Of a stretch of 64,000 bases of DNA, positions 8,586 to 18,468 are shown in pieces (the first letter of the stretch is position 1; each line of letters begins with the position of its first letter). The notes under the pieces are model-generated. The model saw nothing but the letters and a program-made list of their open reading frames with translations, made no database searches and had not been told where the DNA came from. Where the stretch lies: contig JACJXT010000011.1 of NCBI GenBank assembly GCA_020636535.1, positions 1,884,169 through 1,948,168 on the forward strand. Direction: 5' to 3'. Origin of the DNA: Chitinophagales bacterium. Lineage in GTDB: Bacteria > Bacteroidota > Bacteroidia > Chitinophagales > JADIYW01. A program made the translations under genes and the position numbers.

Positions 8586-10709
8586 TTAAGATGCTTTTGG
8601 CTCTAGTGCTTTTTTACTTAGTTTAAACTTACCCGTTTTCTTGTCAATTTCTACTAGTTTTACTTTAATTGCTTCTCCTTCTTTCAAAAAGTCTTCTACT
8701 TTCTCTACTCTTTGATGTGCAATTTCAGAAACATGTAATAGTCCTTGTTTTCCTGGTAAAAATTCTACAAATGCACCATATGGCATTATTGAGACTACTT
8801 TAGCATCATACACTTCACCTACTTCTGGAACTGCAATAATACCTTTAATCGTATCCATTGCTTTTTGCATTCCTTCTGCATTATTCGACATAATATATAC
8901 TAAGCCAATACCTTTTTCTTTATCTTCTTCGATAGTTATTGTAGTATTTGTTTTGGCTTGTAATTCTTGAATTACTTTTCCTCCAGGACCAATAATTGCA
9001 CCAATAAAGTCTTTATGCACTGTAATCATTTCAATTCTTGGCACATGCGTTTTGTACTCACTTCTTGGTGTATTAATACATTCGTCCATGATATTTAAGA
9101 TGTGTAATCTACCTTGTTTTGCTTGCTCTAAAGCTTCAGTCAAAACCTCGTATGATAAACCATCTACTTTAATATCCATTTGACAAGCACAAATACCATT
9201 TTTAGTACCTGTAACTTTAAAGTCCATATCTCCTAAATGATCTTCATCTCCTAAAATATCAGATAATATAGCATATTTTTCTCCTTTAGAAATCATACCC
9301 ATTGCAATACCAGAAACATGTCTTTTAACCTTAACGCCTGTATCCATTAAAGCCAATGACGCAGCACAAACAGTAGCCATTGATGAAGAACCATTAGATT
9401 CTAAAATATCAGATACTATTCTAATTGTATATGGATTGTTTTCTTTGCTTGGCAATATTTGCTTGATACTTCTCATTGCTAAGTTTCCATGTCCAACTTC
9501 TCTTCTAGAAGTACCTCTCATTGGTTTTACTTCTCCAGTAGAAAATGGTGGAAAGTTATAATGTAGCATAAAATCGCTAAATTCTAATGCTTGAGCTTTG
9601 TCTACCATTTGCTCATCTTGCTTAGAACCTAATGTTACTGTAGTTAGCGATTGTGTTTCGCCTCTAGTGAATAGTGCTGAACCGTGTGGTGATGGTAATA
9701 CATCTATTTCTACGCTAATAGGTCGAATTTCGGTAGTTTGTCTTCCATCTAAACGCACTCTATCATTTAAAACCATATTTCTAATGGTTTCTTTTTCTAG
9801 TTTTGCAAAATATTCGCCAATTAAACTTTCTTGTTCTTCTAGTTCTTCTTCGGTAAATGTTGTTAGCAACTCTTCTTTGATTGCTTTTAAAGCTGCTTTT
9901 CTTTCGTGTTTTCCTGTTGGATTTTTAGCTACTTCATAGATTTTATTTTCTGCAAAATCAGCTATTTTTTGTTTTAATGCTTCATTTACTTCCACTTCTG
10001 CTACTTCCATTTTCTCTTTTCCACATAGACTTCTCAACTCTACTTGAGCTTTACAGTGTGCTTGAATAACTTGGTGTCCAGTTTTGATTGCATCAATTAA
10101 ATCTTGTTCAGAACATTCATCAGCTTCTCCTTCTACCATTAAAATATTATCGTGCGTTCCTGCTAAAATGATATTTAATTTAGCTTCTACTTGTTGAGCT
10201 GGAGATGGATTAACGATATACTCTTCGCCTAATTTTATAATTCTTACTTCGGAAATAGCTTCTTGAAAAGGTATATCTGAAATGCTTAATGCTGTAGATG
10301 CTGCTAAACCTGCTAAACTATCTGGATCTACACTTTCATCATTAGAAATTAAATAGATTAATACTTGCGTATCATTCATATAATTATCTGGGAATAGTGG
10401 ACGAATGGCTCTATCTACTAATCTTGAAATTAATATTTCATGCTCTGACAAACGACCTTCTCTTCTATGAAAACTTCCTGGAATTCTACCTGATGAAGCA
10501 AATTTTTCTTGATAATCTACCATTAAAGGAAAAAATGGAGCATCTGGTTTTGCTTCTGGTGAAGCACATACTGTTGCTAATATCATGCAATTACCACATT
10601 TTAAAAGCACACTTCCATTAGCTTGTCTTGCTAGTTTTCCTGTTTCAATGGTTACTTTGTGTTGTTGATTATATGGTAATTCTATTGAATGTGTATTGAA
10701 TTTTATCAT
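8586..10709 (-). CDS. pnp: Polyribonucleotide nucleotidyltransferase (PNPase)
   Basis: Two RNase PH-like halves, EDHLGDMDFKVTGT motif, then KH and S1 (GEVYDAKVVSIMPYGAFVEF) domains. I prefer the start MIKFNTHSIELP at 10709; the track start 10775 overlaps the rpsO terminator. Confidence 0.95.
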   Translation of the reverse strand: MIKFNTHSIELPYNQQHKVTIETGKLARQANGSVLLKCGNCMILATVCASPEAKPDAPFFPLMVDYQEKFASSGRIPGSFHRREGRLSEHEILISRLVDRAIRPLFPDNYMNDTQVLIYLISNDESVDPDSLAGLAASTALSISDIPFQEAISEVRIIKLGEEYIVNPSPAQQVEAKLNIILAGTHDNILMVEGEADECSEQDLIDAIKTGHQVIQAHCKAQVELRSLCGKEKMEVAEVEVNEALKQKIADFAENKIYEVAKNPTGKHERKAALKAIKEELLTTFTEEELEEQESLIGEYFAKLEKETIRNMVLNDRVRLDGRQTTEIRPISVEIDVLPSPHGSALFTRGETQSLTTVTLGSKQDEQMVDKAQALEFSDFMLHYNFPPFSTGEVKPMRGTSRREVGHGNLAMRSIKQILPSKENNPYTIRIVSDILESNGSSSMATVCAASLALMDTGVKVKRHVSGIAMGMISKGEKYAILSDILGDEDHLGDMDFKVTGTKNGICACQMDIKVDGLSYEVLTEALEQAKQGRLHILNIMDECINTPRSEYKTHVPRIEMITVHKDFIGAIIGPGGKVIQELQAKTNTTITIEEDKEKGIGLVYIMSNNAEGMQKAMDTIKGIIAVPEVGEVYDAKVVSIMPYGAFVEFLPGKQGLLHVSEIAHQRVEKVEDFLKEGEAIKVKLVEIDKKTGKFKLSKKALEPKAS

Positions 10710-10745
10710 TATTATAGTTATTAAATTTGGAAAAAATAGAATGAT

Positions 10746-10781
10746 GTAAAAACAAAAAAGCGAGGCAAGTGCCACGCTTTC
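10746..10781 (-). terminator. rpsO terminator / pnp leader hairpin
   Basis: AAAGCG-A-GGC-AAGT-GCC-A-CGCTTT (10757-10780). The minus strand continues into TTTTTTGTTTTT. It lies between the rpsO stop (10790) and the pnp ATG (10709). Confidence 0.65.
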
Positions 10782-10789
10782 TTAATATA

Positions 10790-11059
10790 TTACTTTCTTA
10801 AGTTTAATTTCTCAATGAGAGTTCTGTATTGGTTAATATCTTTGTTAGCCAAATATTTTAATAATTTTTTTCTTTGACCAACTAACTTATATAATGAACG
10901 CGTAGAGGAAAAATCCTTTCTGTTTGTTTTTAAGTGGTTAGAGATGTGGTTAATTCTGTGTGTAATTAAAGCCACTTGTGATTCTACTGAACCTGTATTG
11001 GCAGCTGTTCCACCAAACTCTGTAAAAATTTCAATTTTCTTTTCTTTTGTTAAGCTCAT
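10790..11059 (-). CDS. rpsO: 30S ribosomal protein S15
   Basis: 89 aa. Contains ..TGSVESQVALITHRINHISNHLKTNRKDFSSTRSLYKLVGQRKKLLKYL, the S15 signature. Conserved rpsO-pnp order. Confidence 0.95.
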   Translation of the reverse strand: MSLTKEKKIEIFTEFGGTAANTGSVESQVALITHRINHISNHLKTNRKDFSSTRSLYKLVGQRKKLLKYLANKDINQYRTLIEKLNLRK

Positions 11060-11090
11060 CTTTGATTATTTATCATCTTAAATTAAAGTG

Positions 11091-11098
11091 CAAAGGTA
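11091..11098 (-). promoter_or_regulatory. -7 promoter box (TACCTTTG) of rpsO
   Basis: Minus strand reads GCTACCTTTGCAC, 31 nt upstream of the rpsO ATG. Confidence 0.5.
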
Positions 11099-11257
11099 GC
11101 ATTATTTATGTTAAAACAAAATTATTTTAAGCTTAAAATGAGAAGAAATGTAATTTTACTTTTATAGACATTTATCATGGTCTTTTATATACAGTTAATT
11201 TTATTCTAACACTAAGAATTGTACAAAAGCTAATATCAAGACATTCTTTTCAATGTA

Positions 11258-11290
11258 TAAAAAAATCCTCACCAAAAGTAGTGAGGATTT
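11258..11290 (-). terminator. Rho-independent terminator of the TonB-dependent receptor 11314-13719
   Basis: ATCCTCAC (11265-11272) pairs with GTGAGGAT (11281-11288). A minus-strand T-run follows. Confidence 0.7.
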
Positions 11291-11313
11291 ATATTTATAA
11301 AAGAAGAAATGTT

Positions 11314-13719
11314 TTAGAATTCCATTCTATATTGAATGGTAAAATTCATAGGTGTTTCTAGTTTACCAACTCTTAACCAATATTCTGTATTGGTAAGGTT
11401 TTTAACAATAACACCCAAAGTGTTTTTTTCCTTGAAAGTATAGAATACTCTAGCATTAGCCACCCAATTTCCTCTTGGATTTACAAAGTTTGATATATAA
11501 TTTGGCACTCCAGGAATACCTACAAATACTATATCAAAATTTTCAAAACGACTATAATATCTTACATCAAATCCAATTAATAATTTATTATTATATTTAT
11601 ATTCGATATCAAAAGTAGCCAAATGTCTATTTCTATATTTTAAAAGTTGATAAGTATTTGCATCATCTATAGGTTTTACAAAATGTTTGAACATATTTTT
11701 TATAAAACCACCGATTGAACTATTATCAAACCCTACGCTTTGAGAATAAGCATTTAGTTCAATAGGAAAAGCATAAGTATACCCTAAATTTAAACTAAGT
11801 TTATTCTTATTGTTAATATCAAAGTTATTTTTTAAAGACATATCCCAACCTGCGATTCTAGCTTGAGAAATATTTTCTGCTTTTAATGCAATTAATGCAT
11901 CTGTTACACTATCAGAGCCACTAAATTCTACCATATCATGATATTCTTGCCAGTAAAATGCAAAATCAAATAAGCCATAGTATAATTTGTTTTTAGTGCC
12001 AAATTTTTGCTGGATACCTAATTCAGAAGTCCAACCATACTCTGGTTTTAAACTTGGATTTGGCAAAATTCGTAAAAGAGGTCTACTTTGAGTTGTTGTA
12101 GTTTCTTTAATGTATGCCGTATCATTATTAACAGACCAAGTAGTATCTAAAATAGTAGTTGTTATGGTTTCATCTCCAACTTTTTCATTTACAAATCGTT
12201 CTGCAAAACTTGGAAAACGAAATGCTTGACCGACATTAAATCTTAAATTAGTATTTTTTCCTGCTTTCCAGTTAATACCAAATCTAGAATTTGGAGGAAT
12301 TACACCTTTTTCAGTTGCATATTTATAAACTTCCCATCTAATACCACCCGATAATGTGACTTTATCACCAAATTTTTTATCTAATTGAGTAAATATAGCC
12401 CAAAGGTTTCCAAATTTTACATCATCTCCAACAAATGCTGGCACTCTTACAAAAAACATCTGATTATCTGTTCCAAGAATTAAGTTTAGACCAATTTTTT
12501 CAAAAGGTTTTGTGAAGTTATAATTTATATTTTCTAGTAGCGTAGTGGTGTTAAATGAGGGTTGATTGTAATAAGTTCTAGTTTTTAAATCGTGAATATT
12601 GCCTTTTTTATCAAATGCTTTTAAAAAAGGATCTACAGTAACTCTTATATTGTTAAAGTCATTATCTGCTCCAGCTTTATAGGCACCGTCATTTTCATTT
12701 TCCCAAAAGAAATATTCATATTCTCTATTATACAATAAACTACCATTTACACCATAAGAAAGTCTATCATTTTTTTTGCTTGTCCATTTTGTTTTATAAT
12801 AAACTCTAGCCAAATATTCTTCGCCGCCCTCATAAGGTGTATTTTGTAAGAAAAATGAACCACCTACTAAGTATTCAAAATTATCTTTTAGCTTATGAGC
12901 TCTTACAAATGATGCACCAAAAGAAGGAATTGGAAAATCCCACCACTTAGTTACTTTTCTTTTTGGTGGTGCTATAAATGATTGAAAAGCTGTAAATTTT
13001 GTAATTGGTGTTTTAGTTGGTTTTAAAGTTTGAAGATGTATAGTACCGTTCATAGCAGAAGAACCATACAATACAGAAGAAGCACCTTTAAGTACTTCAA
13101 TTTGTCCAACAGATTCAAGTGGTAATTGATTCCATTTTATATCACCTCTGTCTGGTGAAAGTATAGGTTGTCCATCTAAAATAAACATCACTCTAGAACC
13201 TACTCCATAAGCCCAACCACTACCAGCACGAATGTTAGCTTGACCATCAGATACATTTAAACCAGAAACTCTTCTTAAAGCTTCATCTATTCTTGTTGGA
13301 TTTACATTAGCAATTAAATCTGGTTTTACTACTTCTATAGAAATAACTTCTTCACTAGCTTTTTTTTCAAATAGAGAACCAGTAATAACTACTTCATCTC
13401 CAAGTAGTATAGCTTCTTCTTCTAAATTAATATCTGCTGTATAATTAGATTGATTATTGTTAAAATTTTTAATGATGTCTTTATATCCTAAATAAGAATA
13501 AGTTACTTCGTACGCATCTTTTCCTTCTAAGATTAACTCATAATTACCTTCAAAATCGGTTACTGTTCCTTGCCCATCTTTTTCTACAATATTTACACCA
13601 ATTAGTGGTTCGTTGGTTTTAGTATCTTTAATATTTCCTCTAATAGTAACTGTTTGAGCAAAACCAATTGTAGAAAATAATAGTAAACTGAAGAAAGCAA
13701 TATATTTATTCTTGTTCAT
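11314..13719 (-). CDS. TonB-dependent outer-membrane receptor with CarboxypepD_reg-like N-terminal domain
   Basis: 801 aa. Signal peptide, N-terminal IRGNIKDTKTNEPLIGVNI.. domain, plug region (RVSGLNVSDGQANIRAGSG), long beta-barrel, terminal aromatic (..QYRMEF). Confidence 0.85.
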   Translation of the reverse strand: MNKNKYIAFFSLLLFSTIGFAQTVTIRGNIKDTKTNEPLIGVNIVEKDGQGTVTDFEGNYELILEGKDAYEVTYSYLGYKDIIKNFNNNQSNYTADINLEEEAILLGDEVVITGSLFEKKASEEVISIEVVKPDLIANVNPTRIDEALRRVSGLNVSDGQANIRAGSGWAYGVGSRVMFILDGQPILSPDRGDIKWNQLPLESVGQIEVLKGASSVLYGSSAMNGTIHLQTLKPTKTPITKFTAFQSFIAPPKRKVTKWWDFPIPSFGASFVRAHKLKDNFEYLVGGSFFLQNTPYEGGEEYLARVYYKTKWTSKKNDRLSYGVNGSLLYNREYEYFFWENENDGAYKAGADNDFNNIRVTVDPFLKAFDKKGNIHDLKTRTYYNQPSFNTTTLLENINYNFTKPFEKIGLNLILGTDNQMFFVRVPAFVGDDVKFGNLWAIFTQLDKKFGDKVTLSGGIRWEVYKYATEKGVIPPNSRFGINWKAGKNTNLRFNVGQAFRFPSFAERFVNEKVGDETITTTILDTTWSVNNDTAYIKETTTTQSRPLLRILPNPSLKPEYGWTSELGIQQKFGTKNKLYYGLFDFAFYWQEYHDMVEFSGSDSVTDALIALKAENISQARIAGWDMSLKNNFDINNKNKLSLNLGYTYAFPIELNAYSQSVGFDNSSIGGFIKNMFKHFVKPIDDANTYQLLKYRNRHLATFDIEYKYNNKLLIGFDVRYYSRFENFDIVFVGIPGVPNYISNFVNPRGNWVANARVFYTFKEKNTLGVIVKNLTNTEYWLRVGKLETPMNFTIQYRMEF

Positions 13720-13778
13720 AAATAATGATTTGAATGTTTTTGCAAAAATAATAGTTTAGTAGTGAGTTTCTTTTTAAA

Positions 13779-13815
13779 ATAAAAAAGCCATTACATTAAT
13801 AAATCGTAATGGCTC
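13779..13815 (-). terminator. Rho-independent terminator of the TonB-dependent receptor 13836-16286
   Basis: GCCATTAC (13787-13794) pairs with GTAATGGC (13806-13813). A minus-strand T-run follows. Confidence 0.65.
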
Positions 13816-13835
13816 ACCAAATATAGGTATATTCT

Positions 13836-16286
13836 TTATTTAAAAGTAGCGTCGAATCTAAATCCATAGTTTCTTGGAGCTTCTACAAGAGCTGGACGCA
13901 AGGTATATTCGTTATTGGTAACATTTTTTACTAAAAAAGAAAATCTAAATTTATCGTTTTCGCCAAAGTTAACAGCAGCTCTTAAATCTAAAACCACTTC
14001 TCCTTTAGATTGTCTCTGTGGTTTTTTACTTGCCCAATTATTTCTGTATTGACTATATTTATAAGCATATAAGCTTGGTAGTACTTCCCCAAAAATGCCA
14101 TCCCAGTTTTCCATAGCACTATAATACTGTAGTGTAGCACCAAAATCAAACAAACCAAAACTAATATCCCATTGTGCTTGTACTTGATGACGGAAACGAT
14201 ATTTCAATACATTATAATCTACAACATCACTATATTGTTCTGCCTCATTATAGTTTCTATATTGAGGCACTGTAAATGTATATCCTGTAACTAATGTAGT
14301 TGGAAATTTATTAAATAATTTGCCTTCGCCCATTAATGTAACTTCAGTACCATAAATTCTAGTGTTGCCAATGTTTTTGGCAAAGAAACCTAATGCTTCA
14401 TTATTATAAACACCTAAATTAAATTCAATCATATCAGTATATTGTTGGTAAAAACCTGCAACATCTATATATGCATTAAAATCTCTACCTAATTTAATGC
14501 CTTGCTTAATACCCAATTCTGCTGTTAAACCAGTTTCTGAAGTTAAGTTTGGATTTGGATAGATACCAAAAGATTCACTTAAAGGTGTAGAGATAAATTT
14601 CTCTGCAATAGCAGGAAAACGATAGCCTTGTCCAAATGAAGCTCTTATAAATGTATATTTAGCAGCTTCTACATTGATACCAACTCTTGATACTGGTTTA
14701 GTTTCTATTTTATCATTGTCAATTCTGTTAGATTCAAATCTAAAACCATAGTCTATGCCCACTCTATCCCAAAACTTTTTACTTAATTGAAAAAATCCTG
14801 CTAAATTAAATCCAGTATGATTGGTATTTCCAAAAAGCTCTGAAACCGATTTTGTATAGCTACCTACAAAACCTGTAGTTAGTACAAAGTTTATTTTAGA
14901 AAAATTTCTTTGGTATTGATATTGGCCATAGTAGTAGTCAGAAGCATTATCTTGGTTGTTAGAATTATCAATATCTGTTCTGTAATATCTTGTTAAAATT
15001 TTGTGTGAATTACCTTTGCTATCAGCAAATTTAAAGTAAGGATCTATAGTAATTCTAAAAGATCTTGATTCTGTAGGAATTCCAGTTACGGCACCAGGAA
15101 TATATTTGTCTATACCAGAACCTCCCCATAAAAAGAAAGTTTGACTTTTAGCACCTAAAATATTGGTATTTACACCAATTTGTATTTTTTCGTTAACATG
15201 ATAATTGGTATTGATATTAAATCTACCTCTTGTTTCGTTAGCACCCCAATTGTGTTTTTGTTCTTTATATAATTGACCACTAAAAATAAAATCTAATTTT
15301 TTAGATTTAGTAATTTTTTCTCTATACGCCCAAGAAAAACCAAAAGAATAAGGTCTTCTTCTAAAGTCATTTTTTAATCTTATTTCAGGAACAGGAAATA
15401 AACCTGCAACCTCTGAACCTTGAAGTGTAATACTGTCTAATTCCCACCAGTTTTTGTTTACTTTGGTTTCAATTATTTCTCCTGTAAATTCGTGAGTTGT
15501 AGTATCAAAAACGCCAATTTTTTCTTTTTGATTTGGATTGTCTATAACGGAACCGAAAACTGAAAACTTAGCATATGGCTCTGATGTTGGATAAGCTGTT
15601 CTTAAATTGATAATTCCGTTCATAGCAGAAGAACCATATAATGCAGAAGCAGCTCCTTTAATAATTTCTATTTGACCAATATTTTCTACAGGTAATGATG
15701 ACCAAGAAGGAAATCCTGCATCTGCTTGTAGTGCAGGTAAATCATCCATTAACAATAATACTCTTGTACCAGCACCATAAGAATAACCAGAACCACCTCT
15801 AATATTTGCTTGTCCGTCAACTACTGTTACACCTGGACTTCTTTTTAAGGCATCATCAACAGTGTTCATATTTTGTTTGGCTAATACTTCTGGTTTAATT
15901 ACATCTATAGATACTGTTTCTTCGCCCACTCTTCTTTCAAATTTACTACTGGTAACTACTACTTCGTCTAATAAACTCAAACTTTCACTTAATTGAATGT
16001 CTTTTGTAATAGTTTGATTTTCTGTTACGGTAATGGCTTCTTCTTTATCAGTATAACCAACATAACTATAGATAATAGTATAACTACCAGCAGGAAGTTC
16101 TATTTCGTAATTACCCTCAATATCAGAAGTGGCACCTTCTAATGATCCTTTTACAGAAATATTGACGCCAATTAATTCTTCTCCAGATTTGGCATCAGTA
16201 ATTTTACCTTTGATAATTCCATTTTGTGCATTTGAAATTAATGCTCCAAAAAAGAATAGCATTAAACTAAATAAGATTGATTTCAT
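13836..16286 (-). CDS. TonB-dependent outer-membrane receptor (paralog of the downstream one)
   Basis: 816 aa with the same architecture: IKGKITDAKSGEELIGVNI.., plug RSPGVTVVDGQANIRGGSG, and barrel ending ..RFDATFK. Confidence 0.85.
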   Translation of the reverse strand: MKSILFSLMLFFFGALISNAQNGIIKGKITDAKSGEELIGVNISVKGSLEGATSDIEGNYEIELPAGSYTIIYSYVGYTDKEEAITVTENQTITKDIQLSESLSLLDEVVVTSSKFERRVGEETVSIDVIKPEVLAKQNMNTVDDALKRSPGVTVVDGQANIRGGSGYSYGAGTRVLLLMDDLPALQADAGFPSWSSLPVENIGQIEIIKGAASALYGSSAMNGIINLRTAYPTSEPYAKFSVFGSVIDNPNQKEKIGVFDTTTHEFTGEIIETKVNKNWWELDSITLQGSEVAGLFPVPEIRLKNDFRRRPYSFGFSWAYREKITKSKKLDFIFSGQLYKEQKHNWGANETRGRFNINTNYHVNEKIQIGVNTNILGAKSQTFFLWGGSGIDKYIPGAVTGIPTESRSFRITIDPYFKFADSKGNSHKILTRYYRTDIDNSNNQDNASDYYYGQYQYQRNFSKINFVLTTGFVGSYTKSVSELFGNTNHTGFNLAGFFQLSKKFWDRVGIDYGFRFESNRIDNDKIETKPVSRVGINVEAAKYTFIRASFGQGYRFPAIAEKFISTPLSESFGIYPNPNLTSETGLTAELGIKQGIKLGRDFNAYIDVAGFYQQYTDMIEFNLGVYNNEALGFFAKNIGNTRIYGTEVTLMGEGKLFNKFPTTLVTGYTFTVPQYRNYNEAEQYSDVVDYNVLKYRFRHQVQAQWDISFGLFDFGATLQYYSAMENWDGIFGEVLPSLYAYKYSQYRNNWASKKPQRQSKGEVVLDLRAAVNFGENDKFRFSFLVKNVTNNEYTLRPALVEAPRNYGFRFDATFK

Positions 16287-16343
16287 TAAGTTAATTTTTT
16301 ATTGGCTAATATATAGAGAATTTTTAACTTAATGCTAAATTAA

Positions 16344-16375
16344 AATAAAAAACTCCAACTTAAAGTTGGAGTTTT
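16344..16375 (-). terminator. Rho-independent terminator of the lipoprotein gene
   Basis: AACTCCAACT (16351-16360) pairs with AGTTGGAGTT (16364-16373). A minus-strand T-run follows. Confidence 0.7.
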
Positions 16376-16397
16376 ACCAATAACCTATAGTCAGTGT

Positions 16398-16880
16398 TTA
16401 TTTTTTGAATGTTCCTGTTAATTCTTCACCAGAAATAGATAAATTAGCTGAACCTAATGTAGCTGTTCCTTGAGAAACAGAAATTGTAGTAGTTAAATTA
16501 CCTTTTGTTAAATTATAATCTGCTCTTAAATCTGCTACAACATTACTAACAGTAGCCGTACCTAATGGAGTTGAAATAGAGAATGTATTAACACTTGCAT
16601 CATCTACAAAAATATCACAATTACTAATAATTCCTCTAAAGGTTTTATTTAATGTTTTTGATGTTATATCGATAGAATCAGTTCCAGAAACCGCAGATAT
16701 TATTATAGTATCCTTAATTGGAACGGCAACAGAAGAAACTGTCAATGAATGTTGTCCGTAGTATGTACCCACATACTCATCTATGGAACATGCATACTTG
16801 TCTTCATCAGGACTGCATGAAGTAATAAATACAGTAGAGAATACTGCTAAAATTGCTAAAATAAATAAGTTCTTTTTCAT
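16398..16880 (-). CDS. Small lipoprotein of unknown function upstream of the two TonB-dependent receptors
   Basis: 160 aa. Signal peptide with lipobox (VFITSC), and a Ser/Thr-rich, beta-rich mature part. Confidence 0.55.
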   Translation of the reverse strand: MKKNLFILAILAVFSTVFITSCSPDEDKYACSIDEYVGTYYGQHSLTVSSVAVPIKDTIIISAVSGTDSIDITSKTLNKTFRGIISNCDIFVDDASVNTFSISTPLGTATVSNVVADLRADYNLTKGNLTTTISVSQGTATLGSANLSISGEELTGTFKK

Positions 16881-17054
16881 ATTAATTATATTTGTTTAAA
16901 ATTTGTAATCAAAAATATTGCCAAAATTTGACTCTACCAAGCTTTTAACGATTTATTTTTCACTATAACTTAAAAAATATGTTAATTTATAGTTGTACAC
17001 CACATTGTTTTTTAATTTGTTTTGTGTATATTTATAGTTTAAAAATTAACAATT

Positions 17055-18458
17055 ATGGTTGCAGGACAAATACTTGATGTTAGACAATTAGTAGCCGCAC
17101 AAAAAAGTTACTTTAAAAGTGGTGCTACAAAATCATATGATTTTAGACTAAATCAGCTTAAAAAATTAAGACAAGTTTTACTAGATAATGAACAAGCTAT
17201 TGTAAAAGCATTGTATGATGATTTACACAAATCTTCGTTTGAAGCATACGGAACTGAATTTAGTTTTGTATTGAAAGATTTAGATCATACTATTTCGAGT
17301 TTGAAAGCTTGGATGAAACGAAAAAAAGTAACTACACCTTTGTTTCATCAATTAGGTAGTAGTTGGATACAAAGTGAACCATATGGTTTGGTTTATGTAA
17401 TGGCACCTTGGAACTATCCTTTTCAGTTGTTAATGGCTCCAGTAATTGGTGCAATGGCTGCTGGCAATACTATTATTATGAAACCATCGCAATCTACTAA
17501 TCATATATGTGCTGTAATTGAAAAAATGGTTAAAGACAATTTTAGTGCAGAATATATGGCAGTGGTTACTAGTCATACTGATAGTGATATTGTATTAGAA
17601 GAAAATGTAGATTATGTATTTTTTACTGGTGGAAAAAGAACAGGAATAGATGTTTATACCAAAGCTGCAAAAACATTAACGCCAGTTACGCTAGAGCTTG
17701 GTGGAAAAAGTCCATGTTTTATAGATGAAAGTGTAAACATGAATTGGGGAATTAAGCGAATTATTTGGGGAAAATTTACTAATGCTGGACAAACTTGTGT
17801 TGCACCTGATTATGTATTGATTGACAAAAAAGTAAAAGCTAAATTTTTAGAAGAAGCTAAGAAAGTAATCAAAGAATTTTATGGTGATAATCCGAAAGAT
17901 AGTAAAGACTTTGGACGCATTGTAAAAAGTAGCAATAATAAAAACTTTAAGAAATTAGCAAGTTTATTAGAAGGAATGGATATTGTTTGTGGTGGTGAAA
18001 TTGATGAAAGTGAAAACTATATTGCACCAACTATTTTAGACAATGTAAAACTAACAGATGCCATAATGCAAGATGAAATATTTGGTCCGATTTTACCAAT
18101 AGTAGAATACAACACTTTAGATGAAGCTATACAAATTGTAAAAAATGGAGGAAAGCCATTAGCATTATATATTTTTAGTGAGAATAAAATGTACGCTGAA
18201 AAAATTCTTAGCGAAACATCTTCAGGAAATGCATCTATTAATGAATGTTTGATGCATGTTGGTCAGTTTAATTTGCCTTTTGGAGGTGTTGGTGATAGTG
18301 GTATTGGACAATATCATGGGAAATTGAGCTTTGATACTTTTTCGCATGCTAAAGGCGTATTGAAAAAATCAACTTTAAGTGATTTGAAATTAAGATTTCC
18401 TCCATATAAAGAAAGCAATGTTAATTTATTGAAGAAACTAATTGCTTGGTTAAACTAA
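17055..18458 (+). CDS. NAD(P)-dependent aldehyde dehydrogenase (class 3-like)
   Basis: 467 aa. Contains the catalytic Glu motif LELGGKSP and Cys motif NAGQTCVAPDY. The length fits the ALDH3 family. Confidence 0.85.
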   Translation: MVAGQILDVRQLVAAQKSYFKSGATKSYDFRLNQLKKLRQVLLDNEQAIVKALYDDLHKSSFEAYGTEFSFVLKDLDHTISSLKAWMKRKKVTTPLFHQLGSSWIQSEPYGLVYVMAPWNYPFQLLMAPVIGAMAAGNTIIMKPSQSTNHICAVIEKMVKDNFSAEYMAVVTSHTDSDIVLEENVDYVFFTGGKRTGIDVYTKAAKTLTPVTLELGGKSPCFIDESVNMNWGIKRIIWGKFTNAGQTCVAPDYVLIDKKVKAKFLEEAKKVIKEFYGDNPKDSKDFGRIVKSSNNKNFKKLASLLEGMDIVCGGEIDESENYIAPTILDNVKLTDAIMQDEIFGPILPIVEYNTLDEAIQIVKNGGKPLALYIFSENKMYAEKILSETSSGNASINECLMHVGQFNLPFGGVGDSGIGQYHGKLSFDTFSHAKGVLKKSTLSDLKLRFPPYKESNVNLLKKLIAWLN

Positions 18459-18468
18459 TTTATATTTC

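Noticed and set aside
10710-10775. N-terminal extensions of the track ORFs for pnp (to 10775), rpsF (to 8272), the DUF481-like gene (to 6716), guaA (TTG at 50867), the thioesterase (50889) and rsmD (25681).
   Set aside because: The extensions run through predicted terminators, promoter boxes or repeat arms, or add non-native residues ahead of canonical N-termini or signal peptides. Internal ATG starts fit better.
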